Below are positions 8,219 through 17,105 of a DNA stretch of 21,230 nt, in pieces. The position numbers were made by a program, and so were the translations under genes. Position 1 is the first letter of the stretch; each line of letters starts with the position of its first letter. The DNA comes from Fidelibacterota bacterium (GTDB lineage: Bacteria; Fidelibacterota; UBA2242), in contig JBNGDF010000035.1 of assembly GCA_049975265.1 (NCBI GenBank), positions 1 through 21,230 on the forward strand, in the 5' to 3' direction. The notes under the pieces are model-generated. The model had not been told where the DNA came from. It did not search any database and saw only the letters and a program-made list of their open reading frames with translations.

Positions 8219-9193
8219 ATGAAAGCCATTATTCCGGCTGCCGGAATCGGAAAACGACTGCGACCGCTGACTCTGACCCGACCCAAGGTATTGTTACCGG
8301 TGGCGGGCAAACCGATCCTCGGTCACATTCTGGACAGATTAATTCGGTCGGGTATCGATGAGATCGTCATAATCGTCGGCTACAAAGGTGATTTGGTGAT
8401 CGATTATGTTAAACGCCATTACTCTGTCAATGTCCGCTTTGTCGAGCAGCGGGAACGCAAGGGGCTGGGACATGCCGTCGGAATGGGACTCGATGATGCC
8501 GATGAACCGGTGCTGATTATCCTGGGCGACACCATTCTGGATGTGGATTATGACCGTTTTGTGAAAAGCACTGAGAACATTATCGGCGTGATGGAGGTGG
8601 AAGACCCCCGCCGGTTCGGCATTGTGGAGACCGACGGCGAAAAGGTCAAACGGTTGGTGGAAAAACCGCAGGAGGATATCGGAAATCTGGCGATAGCCGG
8701 CATCTATCTGATTCAGCATGCCAATCTTCTCAAAAAGGCTGTTCTGCATATCGTAGAGCAGGATATTACCACAAAAAACGAGTATCAGCTGACCGATGCG
8801 CTGCAGGTGATGCTCGACTGGAATGAACCGATGGTCGTAGCACGGATCGACGCCTGTTTCGATTGCGGCACCCGGGTAACCCTGCTGGAAACGAACCGGA
8901 TTCTGCTGGAAAGGACTGCAACCGAAACGGCGGCGTACCGGAATACAGTGATCATTCCGCCGGTGACGATCGGGTCGGAGGTCAGCCTTGAAAACAGCGT
9001 TATCGGTCCCTTTGTCAGTATTGGGGATAAAACCCGGATTTCCCGCTCCGTTATCGAGGATACCATTGTCGATGAAGCGGCGGAAATTCAGACCGCGATT
9101 CTGAAGGAGACGCTGGCGGGACAGCGTACCCGCATCAGAGGTTTGGCACTGGGTGTGGATATTGGTGACGACTCGGAGCATGATTTCAGTTGA
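8219..9193 (+). CDS. Sugar-phosphate nucleotidyltransferase (long-form glucose-1-phosphate thymidylyltransferase-like, C-terminal left-handed beta-helix)
   Basis: MKAIIPAAGIGKRLRPLT..RPKVLLPVAGKPIL, ILGD, VEKP and EYQLTDAL, with hexapeptide-like repeats at the C-terminus (NSVIGPFVSIG). SD GAGGG upstream. Substrate cannot be assigned by eye. Confidence 0.88.
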   Translation: MKAIIPAAGIGKRLRPLTLTRPKVLLPVAGKPILGHILDRLIRSGIDEIVIIVGYKGDLVIDYVKRHYSVNVRFVEQRERKGLGHAVGMGLDDADEPVLIILGDTILDVDYDRFVKSTENIIGVMEVEDPRRFGIVETDGEKVKRLVEKPQEDIGNLAIAGIYLIQHANLLKKAVLHIVEQDITTKNEYQLTDALQVMLDWNEPMVVARIDACFDCGTRVTLLETNRILLERTATETAAYRNTVIIPPVTIGSEVSLENSVIGPFVSIGDKTRISRSVIEDTIVDEAAEIQTAILKETLAGQRTRIRGLALGVDIGDDSEHDFS

Positions 9194-9226
9194 TTTTATA
9201 GACGCAGAAGCGTATGTTTGTCTGGT

Positions 9227-9239
9227 AAAAAAAAAAAAA
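9227..9239. repeat. A13 homopolymer immediately upstream of the metK ribosome-binding site
   Basis: 13 consecutive A followed by C-AGGAG (9240-9245). Confidence 0.9.
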
Positions 9240-9252
9240 CAGGAGCATGAAT

Positions 9253-10413
9253 ATGACGAAAAGATATCATTTTACTTCGGAATCTGTAACCGAGGGGCAT
9301 CCCGATAAAATCTGTGATGCCGTTTCCGATTCGATTCTGGATGCGCTGTTGACCATCGATCCGGAAAGCCGGGTTGCGTGTGAAACGATGACAACAACCG
9401 GATTGGTGATGGTGGTGGGTGAAATCTCCACCCGCGCCTATGTGGATATTCCACGAATTGTCCGTAAAACATTAGAGGACATCGGGTATACCAATCCCGA
9501 TTATGGTCTGGATGCCACCAGCTGTGCAGTCATTACCTCAATTCACGAGCAGAGTGAAAATATTGCGCTGGGTGTCAATCAGACCGAAAGTCACGAGCAG
9601 GGCGCCGGCGATCAGGGCATGATGTTCGGTTATGCCTGTGACGAGACCCCGGAGCTGATGCCGCTGCCGATAACGTTGGCGAATAAGATTACCATGCGCC
9701 TGGCGGAAGTCCGCAAAAAGGGGATTCTGAACTGGGTTCGCCCGGACGGTAAATCCCAGGTGACGGTGGAATACATCGACGGTGAGCCGACATCCGTTAC
9801 CAGTGTCGTGGTGGCGGTGCATCATAATCCCGAAATACCCCATGATAAAATCGTATCTGATATCAAAAAGCATGTCATCGTCCCGGTGTGTGAAAAGTAT
9901 TTGACGCCGGAGACGAAGTTTTATATCAACGCTACGGGTATCTTCACCGTGGGCGGTCCCGAAGCCGATGCCGGCGTGACCGGACGGAAAATTATCGTGG
10001 ATACTTATGGTGGGATGGGGCGGCATGGCGGCGGCGCCTTTTCCGGTAAAGATGCCTCCAAGGTGGACCGTTCGGCATCTTATATGGCGCGCTATATTGC
10101 CAAGAACATTGTCGCCGCCAAACTCGCCCGGCGCTGCGAAGTCCAGCTGGCTTATTCCATCGGGGTTGCCGATCCGGTTTCCGTTTATATTGATACTTTC
10201 GGTACCGGGAAGGTTGACGAAGATCAACTGGCGACGGCAGTCCGGAAAGTTTTTCCCTTGAAGCCGGCGAAATTGATCCAGCATCTGCAGTTGAAGCGAC
10301 CCATATTCGCCAAAACATCCGCCTATGGTCATTTCGGTCGCGAGGAAGAGGCGTTTACCTGGGAAAAGACGGATAAAGTCGCTGAATTGAAAAACTATTT
10401 TGGAGTAAAATAA
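9253..10413 (+). CDS. metK: Methionine adenosyltransferase (SAM synthetase)
   Basis: [47 protein letters not shown] and YGHFGR. AGGAG is 7 nt before ATG 9253 but only 1 nt before ATG 9247. Confidence 0.97.
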   Translation: MTKRYHFTSESVTEGHPDKICDAVSDSILDALLTIDPESRVACETMTTTGLVMVVGEISTRAYVDIPRIVRKTLEDIGYTNPDYGLDATSCAVITSIHEQSENIALGVNQTESHEQGAGDQGMMFGYACDETPELMPLPITLANKITMRLAEVRKKGILNWVRPDGKSQVTVEYIDGEPTSVTSVVVAVHHNPEIPHDKIVSDIKKHVIVPVCEKYLTPETKFYINATGIFTVGGPEADAGVTGRKIIVDTYGGMGRHGGGAFSGKDASKVDRSASYMARYIAKNIVAAKLARRCEVQLAYSIGVADPVSVYIDTFGTGKVDEDQLATAVRKVFPLKPAKLIQHLQLKRPIFAKTSAYGHFGREEEAFTWEKTDKVAELKNYFGVK

Positions 10414-11666
10414 TGAAGGGCAAGATTAAAGATATAAAAATGGCGGACGCCGGACACTTGAAAATCGAATGGGCGGAGGCGCACATGCCGGTGCTGATGG
10501 CGTTGCGGGAGAAATATTCCCAAAGTCAACCGCTTGCCGGAATGCGGATCAGCGGCTGTCTGCATGTGACCAAAGAGACAGCTGTTTTGATTCGGACACT
10601 GATCGCGGCGGGCGCCGAAGTCGCCTGGAGCGGCTGCAATCCCCTCAGCACCCAGGACGACGTGGCGGCGGCACTCTATGCCGATAATGTTCCGATCTGG
10701 GCTTGGCACGGGCTCTCCACAGAGGAATTTTACTGGTGTATCGACCAGACGCTGATTCATAAACCGACCCTGACGCTGGATGACGGTGCCGATCTGATCT
10801 TTACGATTCATAACCGGCATGCGGAGCTGGCGGCGAAAGTCATCGGCGGTTCCGAGGAGACCACCACCGGAATTCACCGTCTGCGGGCGATGGCGGCGGA
10901 CGGAAAACTGCTTTATCCTGTTGTGGCGGTCAATGACGCCGAAACGAAATGGGATTTTGACAACGTTTACGGCACGGGACAGTCCTCCATGGACGGCATT
11001 TTACGCGCCACGTCAATCCTGATGGCGGGAAAAACCATGGTGGTTGCCGGTTACGGACATTGCGGCAAAGGCTGTGCCATGCGGGCGCACGGTCTGGGTG
11101 CGAATATAATCTGCACTGAGGTCAAACCGACGGCGGCTCTGAAAGCCACACTGGACGGCTACCGGGTGATGCCGATGGATGAATGCGCCCCCATCGGCGA
11201 TATTTTTATTACTGCCACCGGTATGAAAGATGTGATCGTCAGGCGTCATTTTGAAATGATGAAGGACGGGGCGATCGTCTGTAATACCGGACATTATGAT
11301 TGTGAAATCAACCTTAAAGACCTTGAATCAATCACCGTCTCAAAACAGGAAATCCGTCCCAACTGCGTGCAGCATACATTGAAAAATGGCAGGCGTATCT
11401 TCGTACTGGGTGAGGGTCGGCTGGTGAACCTGGTAGCGGCTGAAGGTCACCCCTCGGAGGTGATGGATATGTCCTTTGCAAATCAGTTTATGGCGATGAT
11501 GTTTCTGGCACGCAACCGCGACAAGCTCGAGAACCGGGTCTACGATATCACCGAGGAACAGGATCAGGAGATCGCCGCCCTGAAACTGGCAACGATGAAT
11601 ATCAGGATTGATCAACTGACCAAAGAGCAGGTTCACTACAGGACCGCCTACAGCGAAGGTACCTGA
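10413..11666 (+). CDS. ahcY: Adenosylhomocysteinase (SAH hydrolase)
   Basis: GCLHVT, CNPLSTQD, LDDGADL, EETTTG, VNDAETKWDFDNVYGTGQS, GYGHCGKG, GRLVNL and EGHPSEVMDMSF. TAATG overlap with metK. Confidence 0.97.
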   Translation: MKGKIKDIKMADAGHLKIEWAEAHMPVLMALREKYSQSQPLAGMRISGCLHVTKETAVLIRTLIAAGAEVAWSGCNPLSTQDDVAAALYADNVPIWAWHGLSTEEFYWCIDQTLIHKPTLTLDDGADLIFTIHNRHAELAAKVIGGSEETTTGIHRLRAMAADGKLLYPVVAVNDAETKWDFDNVYGTGQSSMDGILRATSILMAGKTMVVAGYGHCGKGCAMRAHGLGANIICTEVKPTAALKATLDGYRVMPMDECAPIGDIFITATGMKDVIVRRHFEMMKDGAIVCNTGHYDCEINLKDLESITVSKQEIRPNCVQHTLKNGRRIFVLGEGRLVNLVAAEGHPSEVMDMSFANQFMAMMFLARNRDKLENRVYDITEEQDQEIAALKLATMNIRIDQLTKEQVHYRTAYSEGT

Positions 11667-11697
11667 TACGGCAGGTTCCATTTACTAGTGGATTAAT

Positions 11698-13368
11698 GTG
11701 AAGCAAAAAGTCGGCATATATTTTTTCCTGCTGCTGCTGTGGTGGGTCATGAGCTGTGAATTTGAGCTTCCTACGCTGCCACGACTGCCGGATCGCTGGA
11801 ATTCGAAACTGATTATTCCCCTGTTAAAGAAGAGTTACTCTTTTCAGGATATGGTTTACGATTCCACTGCCCGCCGCACCAATCCGATCTTGGCCGACAG
11901 TCTGACCAACCGAATGTACTATTTTGCCGTGGATACGCCGGGGCAGGTGATTACGGTGGATGACGAGTACTGGAAACTACCGGCGACTGAATTTGAAACG
12001 GTGATAGAGTTGGGTACGGCATTGAATGCGAAAGCGGGCGAGCCGGTGCCGGTTTTTCGGACCACCGCCAGGGGCTTATTGAACAGCCGAAGCGCCCGGA
12101 TTGTCCGGGCGGTTATCAATACCGATAACGCTGCCGACATCAATGCGGTGCGCATTGCGGCGACCCTGTCCGATACCCTTCAAAATGACCTGGATATCGC
12201 CATCACCGCTCGTAATTTTAAGGATCATATCACCGATACACTTTGGCTCGACACCCTGCATTTGACCCAAACAAATCCCGGTTCGCAATTGACGCTGGAT
12301 CTTTCCGGTGATTCTCTTTTCAGCCGGGACCGTGCGGCATTCCTTGATTCGCTGGAGTTCGGATTGGATATAATCATTCAGGATACGCTCCGGCAGGCGT
12401 TGACCCAGCAGCTGAGAGTCGGGTTTGATATCGGGAATCTGCATTTGGATTCTTTTTACGGTCAGGCGCTGGCATCCGGTTACCTGACGGCTCAGGAACT
12501 GCTCAGCAGTCCCGACGGCGCTGAAGGGATCCTGTTTTCCCGGGCGGATGCTGATATCGTGCTGCAGAGCCCCGGAAATTTCGAGTCTCTCAGAATTGTG
12601 GTCGCCGGAATCAATTGCTTCCAACCGGTCGCGGAGCTGGATACGACGCTTGTCATCAGCGGCGGCGATTATAGTCTGGACCTAGCACCGGTTATGGCAG
12701 TGCTGCCGGACAGCATCACCTTTTATGTTGAAGCAGCCCTGGCGCTGGGGCAATATGACGGCGGCGCGATCGGTGATGCGGTTACCGTCGGGTACCATCT
12801 CTATGCTCCATTGCAGATGACACTGCCGCCGGAGTTACAGCTGGCGGCTGCCAAACCCACCCGGTTTTTTATCAGCGACAGCACCACCCGGGCAAACATC
12901 AGCCGTTCCCAAAACGGTGCGCAGTTCGATATGGAGGTGATCAACCGAACCCCTTTTCTGGGGAAACTGATGCTGCTAATCGGCAGTCACCGTATGTTTG
13001 AGCGGGATTCGATGCTGGTCGGCAATTATGCCGGTTATCAATATATCAACGATACGCTTTACTATATCGACAGTGACACGGAGCGGGTGTTCATTGACAC
13101 TCTCGCGATAATGGATTTACCGGCGGCAATCCTGTCCGCAGATACACTCTTATCAGCCGGACGGAACAGTCAGGTCTATTTTACCGATTCCAGTGCGCTG
13201 GCGTTGATTGCCGATACCTGTTATTTCCTGCCTAAATTTTTACTGGAAAATCCGGACAGCAACCAGGTCTATTTAAGAACCGACTACGGAATTGAGATTG
13301 AAAGTTACCTGAACCTGCTGTTTGATCCGGCGGTGTTGAACCAGGCGACTTCAGATACGACCGGATAG
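11698..13368 (+). CDS. Uncharacterised beta-rich lipoprotein (module 1, about three repeat units)
   Basis: Signal peptide MKQKVGIYFFLLLLWWVMS-C20 (lipobox-like). Acidic and beta-strand-rich, with clear local similarity to the protein at 14846-17098. Confidence 0.8.
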   Translation: MKQKVGIYFFLLLLWWVMSCEFELPTLPRLPDRWNSKLIIPLLKKSYSFQDMVYDSTARRTNPILADSLTNRMYYFAVDTPGQVITVDDEYWKLPATEFETVIELGTALNAKAGEPVPVFRTTARGLLNSRSARIVRAVINTDNAADINAVRIAATLSDTLQNDLDIAITARNFKDHITDTLWLDTLHLTQTNPGSQLTLDLSGDSLFSRDRAAFLDSLEFGLDIIIQDTLRQALTQQLRVGFDIGNLHLDSFYGQALASGYLTAQELLSSPDGAEGILFSRADADIVLQSPGNFESLRIVVAGINCFQPVAELDTTLVISGGDYSLDLAPVMAVLPDSITFYVEAALALGQYDGGAIGDAVTVGYHLYAPLQMTLPPELQLAAAKPTRFFISDSTTRANISRSQNGAQFDMEVINRTPFLGKLMLLIGSHRMFERDSMLVGNYAGYQYINDTLYYIDSDTERVFIDTLAIMDLPAAILSADTLLSAGRNSQVYFTDSSALALIADTCYFLPKFLLENPDSNQVYLRTDYGIEIESYLNLLFDPAVLNQATSDTTG

Positions 13369-13371
13369 CCA

Positions 13372-14796
13372 ATGCAGATGACCTTTTCAAAAATGTGGAG
13401 AGAGCATCGATACCTCACGCAGGTTGCGATGATGCTGGTCATTGTCGCAACCTCGCTATCCGGTCAGAATTTGATGCATCCCCGGGCAGTGGCAATGGGG
13501 GGTGCGTTTACCGCAATTCCGGAAGGCGTTTTCAGTGTCAGCAGCAATCCGGCGAATCTGGGATTCCCTGCGAAGTATCACAGCTATTTCAAATTGGGCG
13601 GAATTCATTGGCAGCTGACGAACAATTTTTATTCTTTGATGACGGCGGCAAAGTACGGCGGCAGGGACCTCACGGAAAATAACGGCGAGCTGCAGGCGGA
13701 ATTTATCGGGGACCTTCCGGATAACGGCTGGCGGATGAACAATACCATCAATCTGGGGCTGCCGATCGTCAATTTTTCCACCGGGAACAAAGCCTTTACC
13801 ACAAATATTCTTTACACCTCGGATTATTATGTTTCCAAGCCGGCGCTGGATGTGATTTTCGGCAATATCGAGAAGGGAACCGAATACGAAGCAGAGCTGC
13901 GCATGGATGCCATGACGGCGATTGAATATGCCTATTCCATGGGAATTCCCTATGAAAATCTGGCGGTGGGGTTTTCGTTGAAATATTACCAGGGGCTCGG
14001 CTATTACGGTCTGGCGCCGATGCACAGCAGCGGTACCATTGTGGTAGATACGGCGGCTTTTACGCTGAACGGTTCCGGTGATTATCTCTTTCGTCAATCC
14101 GGTGCCGGACGGGGCGTTGGCGTGGACCTCGGATTGACCTATCGTGATAAAAGCGGTCTGGATATGGGTTTCTGTATTCAGAATATCGCCGCCCGGATTA
14201 AATGGAATTCCCCGACCCTCTTTTCCGATGGGCTGGGCAACTCGATTCTGGGGATGATGGGTGACCAGCTGAAAAAGGGGGTATTTAAGGTCAGCGATTT
14301 GAAGCTGCCCTTTGACGGTGAAAGCTATCGCTATCGTTACGAGTTGCGTGATATCGCCGCCGATGAGTTGTTCGAGGGAGACAGCAGCTACAGCGATTTT
14401 TTCTACAGCAGCCGCACGATTATCGAAGGGGATTCCACCGTCTTTACGACCAAAATTCCGCTGGTTTTGCGCATGGGTATCGCCAAGCGAATGAATCGCG
14501 ATCTGCTGGTGGCGCTGGATTTTTCCACCAGTTTCAGAGACCGGTTCCATTACAAAAAAGGGTGGCGCCTGTCCATGGGGATGGAGTATACCTATCTGTC
14601 GAAAACGCCCTTCCGTTTTGGACTGGCGTTCGGTGATATCAGCGGCTGGGAGGTCAATCTCGGCAGCGGTTTGCATCTGGGTTTCGCCCATCTGGACTGG
14701 GCGATCGGTTTTCACCGGGGCATCTGGCTGCACACCACGCAGGGGTTCCACTTTTCGCTGGGTTCTTATTTTACGGGTAAACATCGAACACGCTGA
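13372..14796 (+). CDS. Outer-membrane beta-barrel, FadL/PorV/DUF5723-like (module 1)
   Basis: Signal peptide ending SLSG|Q, N-terminal PRAVAMGGAF...SSNPANLG hatch motif, and alternating aromatic/Gly strands (GFSLKYYQG, GVGVDLGLTY, LSMGMEYTY, HLDWAIGF). Confidence 0.8.
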   Translation: MQMTFSKMWREHRYLTQVAMMLVIVATSLSGQNLMHPRAVAMGGAFTAIPEGVFSVSSNPANLGFPAKYHSYFKLGGIHWQLTNNFYSLMTAAKYGGRDLTENNGELQAEFIGDLPDNGWRMNNTINLGLPIVNFSTGNKAFTTNILYTSDYYVSKPALDVIFGNIEKGTEYEAELRMDAMTAIEYAYSMGIPYENLAVGFSLKYYQGLGYYGLAPMHSSGTIVVDTAAFTLNGSGDYLFRQSGAGRGVGVDLGLTYRDKSGLDMGFCIQNIAARIKWNSPTLFSDGLGNSILGMMGDQLKKGVFKVSDLKLPFDGESYRYRYELRDIAADELFEGDSSYSDFFYSSRTIIEGDSTVFTTKIPLVLRMGIAKRMNRDLLVALDFSTSFRDRFHYKKGWRLSMGMEYTYLSKTPFRFGLAFGDISGWEVNLGSGLHLGFAHLDWAIGFHRGIWLHTTQGFHFSLGSYFTGKHRTR

Positions 14797-14845
14797 CGCC
14801 GGTGGCAACAGGGATCAGAATAATCCCGGAATAGGTGGCTCCGTG

Positions 14846-17098
14846 ATGAATTTTCGAATTCCATTCAAATATAAAACCGGATTACTATTTGTAGTGATGG
14901 GAGTGGTCTGGTGGTCTTTGAGTTGTACCTATGATCCCATCGGACCGCCGGAACTGCCTACCTTTTATCAGACTCTCAATCTGCCTCTGACCGATGTTTC
15001 GTTGCCGCTGGGGGATTTGCAGAACCCGGAGAACGGAATCTTCGGAGACAGCCTGTCGGATTCGCTCTATTTTAAATTTGAGGGATTGCTGGATACCGTT
15101 ACTCTGACGGAGGAGATTTTTGTCATTCCGACAGCCACGGAGGTGACTTTTCACCAGGATTTCAGTGAGATGGAGGGCGCCAGTGAGCCGGTGACCATCG
15201 AGAATTCCCAGACCCTGCGACTGGCAACTCTGGCGGGAGTATCACTGCCCAAATCGCAAAATCATACCATTCCTGCCATACGCCGGGTGCATCTGATTGA
15301 TCAGGAATTTTCCTATCAGATCTTTGACCGCCACGGAATTCCCTATTTCCAACGGGTGGATTACATGACTATCGGGGACGGTGTATTTACGACGACGGTG
15401 GAAAACGAGATATTGATGGACCTGGATTCCGTACGGATTCAGCTGCGCAACCGAGACGGTTCCCTGATCACCGAATCCTTCTACGAGAAGATTCCCACCG
15501 GTGAGAGCCGCAGCAGCAGCGACGATCTGGACGGCAAACAGATGCAGGATTCTGTTATGATTGTGATCAGTGCCATCCTGGCAGGCAGCAACAATGAGCC
15601 GCTGATTATTCCGGCTGGCAGCGACCCCTATATGACGCTGACGGTGGGAGTCGGCATTGGTGAGATTGAGAGTTTTACCGGTAAGCCGGAGCCCATCGAA
15701 ACCCGCACCGTCCAGCCCCTGCCGGAGTCCAAAAATACGATTTTTAAAGGCATTCTTGGTGAAACACCCACCCTGAGTCCCGATACCAATCTACTCAGTT
15801 ACCGCATCGAAAACAGCCTGCCGCTGAACATGAATATGGAGCTGGAGTTCCAGAATTTTTACACGGAGAGCGGCGCCCTGACGATTGATGCTCCGCTGAA
15901 TACGGGCGATATTTCCCAAGGGGCGGAGCGACTCGACCTGGATACGCTCCGGAATGTGGATTCCACTTCCGTAGTTGATTCCATTGTCGTCCTGTCGACG
16001 GTGCTAATTTTGGCCGATCCCGGCGATACGGTCGCTACAATTCCTCTGGATTTCGGGGATGGTGCGCTGGATTTTTCGCTGACCATATCGGTTCTGAAAT
16101 TCAAAGAGATCGTGGGATTTTTCAATGAATCCTTTGCCATTCCACCCATTTCCATCCAGGATATACCCGCCGGATTCGGCGATGTGGACTTCGGTGCGGT
16201 GCTGTTGAACCTGCATATTTACAATGAAATTCAGGCGCAGACGAACCTGGACTTTAATATTGCCGGTTATAAATCGGGGCAAACACCAAAGGTTATCTCA
16301 ACGCGGGAGACGATCTACCGCGCCAGCGATCTGGAACCGGTCAAGCGCTCCGATGTGCTGATCGATATCGCGCCCATTTTCAATATGGTGCCCGATTCCA
16401 TGATGGTTTTCGGAGAGGCGGCGATTCCCGCTAACGACACATCCCGCCTGCAGGTCAACAAGTCATTCTGGGGCGACTACGAGGTCATCGTACCCTTCAA
16501 TATGAAGATCAACGATATGACCTTTATTCCGGTGACCTCCACGGAACTGGAACCCATGGACCCGGAGACCCGGGAGCGAATTCGGGACGGCTTGATTGAA
16601 GCCGCCATCGTTTCCCAAATCACCAACGATTTTCCCCTGGCGGGACGGGTGGATATTCTGATTTCAAGTTATGACTATTTTCCGCTCTATGCCGATAGCC
16701 TGGACTCCGGCTATCAGGTGATCAATGATACGATTTTTGCGCTGACCGATACCGGTAATGTCGCCGTGATCATTGATACCTTGACGACAATCGTTCTGCC
16801 GGAGGCGGTTCTGGACCGGGATTACCGGGTGCGCACGCCCGGTTTCGTTGAGCAGCGCTCGATCATCGATTCGGTGGACATCGAGGTCGTTCTCAGCGAC
16901 CGTAAACATTTTATCCGACCGCGGATTCACCTGAATGAAACCGAGCATTTTGTCTCTGTCGGTTATAATGACTGTATCCGGATTGTCTCGCTTTTCAGCA
17001 TGACGCTGGAAGCCGGCACCATGTTCGGAACGGCGGATACCGCCGAAACCGATACGCTGAGCGAAGAGGCACTTGAAAAGGCAATTTCCAACCGGTAG
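14846..17098 (+). CDS. Uncharacterised beta-rich lipoprotein (module 2, 750 aa, four repeat units)
   Basis: Start re-called at ATG 14846 (SD-like AGGTGG at 14833-14838), giving MNFRIPFKYKTGLLFVVMGVVWWSLS-C27. Paralogous to 11698-13368. Confidence 0.82.
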   Translation: MNFRIPFKYKTGLLFVVMGVVWWSLSCTYDPIGPPELPTFYQTLNLPLTDVSLPLGDLQNPENGIFGDSLSDSLYFKFEGLLDTVTLTEEIFVIPTATEVTFHQDFSEMEGASEPVTIENSQTLRLATLAGVSLPKSQNHTIPAIRRVHLIDQEFSYQIFDRHGIPYFQRVDYMTIGDGVFTTTVENEILMDLDSVRIQLRNRDGSLITESFYEKIPTGESRSSSDDLDGKQMQDSVMIVISAILAGSNNEPLIIPAGSDPYMTLTVGVGIGEIESFTGKPEPIETRTVQPLPESKNTIFKGILGETPTLSPDTNLLSYRIENSLPLNMNMELEFQNFYTESGALTIDAPLNTGDISQGAERLDLDTLRNVDSTSVVDSIVVLSTVLILADPGDTVATIPLDFGDGALDFSLTISVLKFKEIVGFFNESFAIPPISIQDIPAGFGDVDFGAVLLNLHIYNEIQAQTNLDFNIAGYKSGQTPKVISTRETIYRASDLEPVKRSDVLIDIAPIFNMVPDSMMVFGEAAIPANDTSRLQVNKSFWGDYEVIVPFNMKINDMTFIPVTSTELEPMDPETRERIRDGLIEAAIVSQITNDFPLAGRVDILISSYDYFPLYADSLDSGYQVINDTIFALTDTGNVAVIIDTLTTIVLPEAVLDRDYRVRTPGFVEQRSIIDSVDIEVVLSDRKHFIRPRIHLNETEHFVSVGYNDCIRIVSLFSMTLEAGTMFGTADTAETDTLSEEALEKAISNR

Positions 17099-17105
17099 GA
17101 TTTTC

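Noticed and set aside
9194..9252. SAM-I riboswitch upstream of metK
   Set aside because: The spacer is too short and lacks the conserved SAM-I core. It is kept only as a low-interest finding for small SAM classes.
13456..14808. 450-aa antisense ORF, and other long antisense ORFs at 1621-2721, 8339-9181, 9538-10332 and 17151-18110
   Set aside because: They shadow well-supported + strand genes, have no recognisable motifs, and are expected from codon bias.
14618..14845. 76-aa N-terminal extension of the second lipoprotein given by the ORF track
   Set aside because: It overlaps the barrel gene by about 180 nt and would bury the signal peptide. ATG 14846 has an SD-like sequence and gives a normal lipobox.
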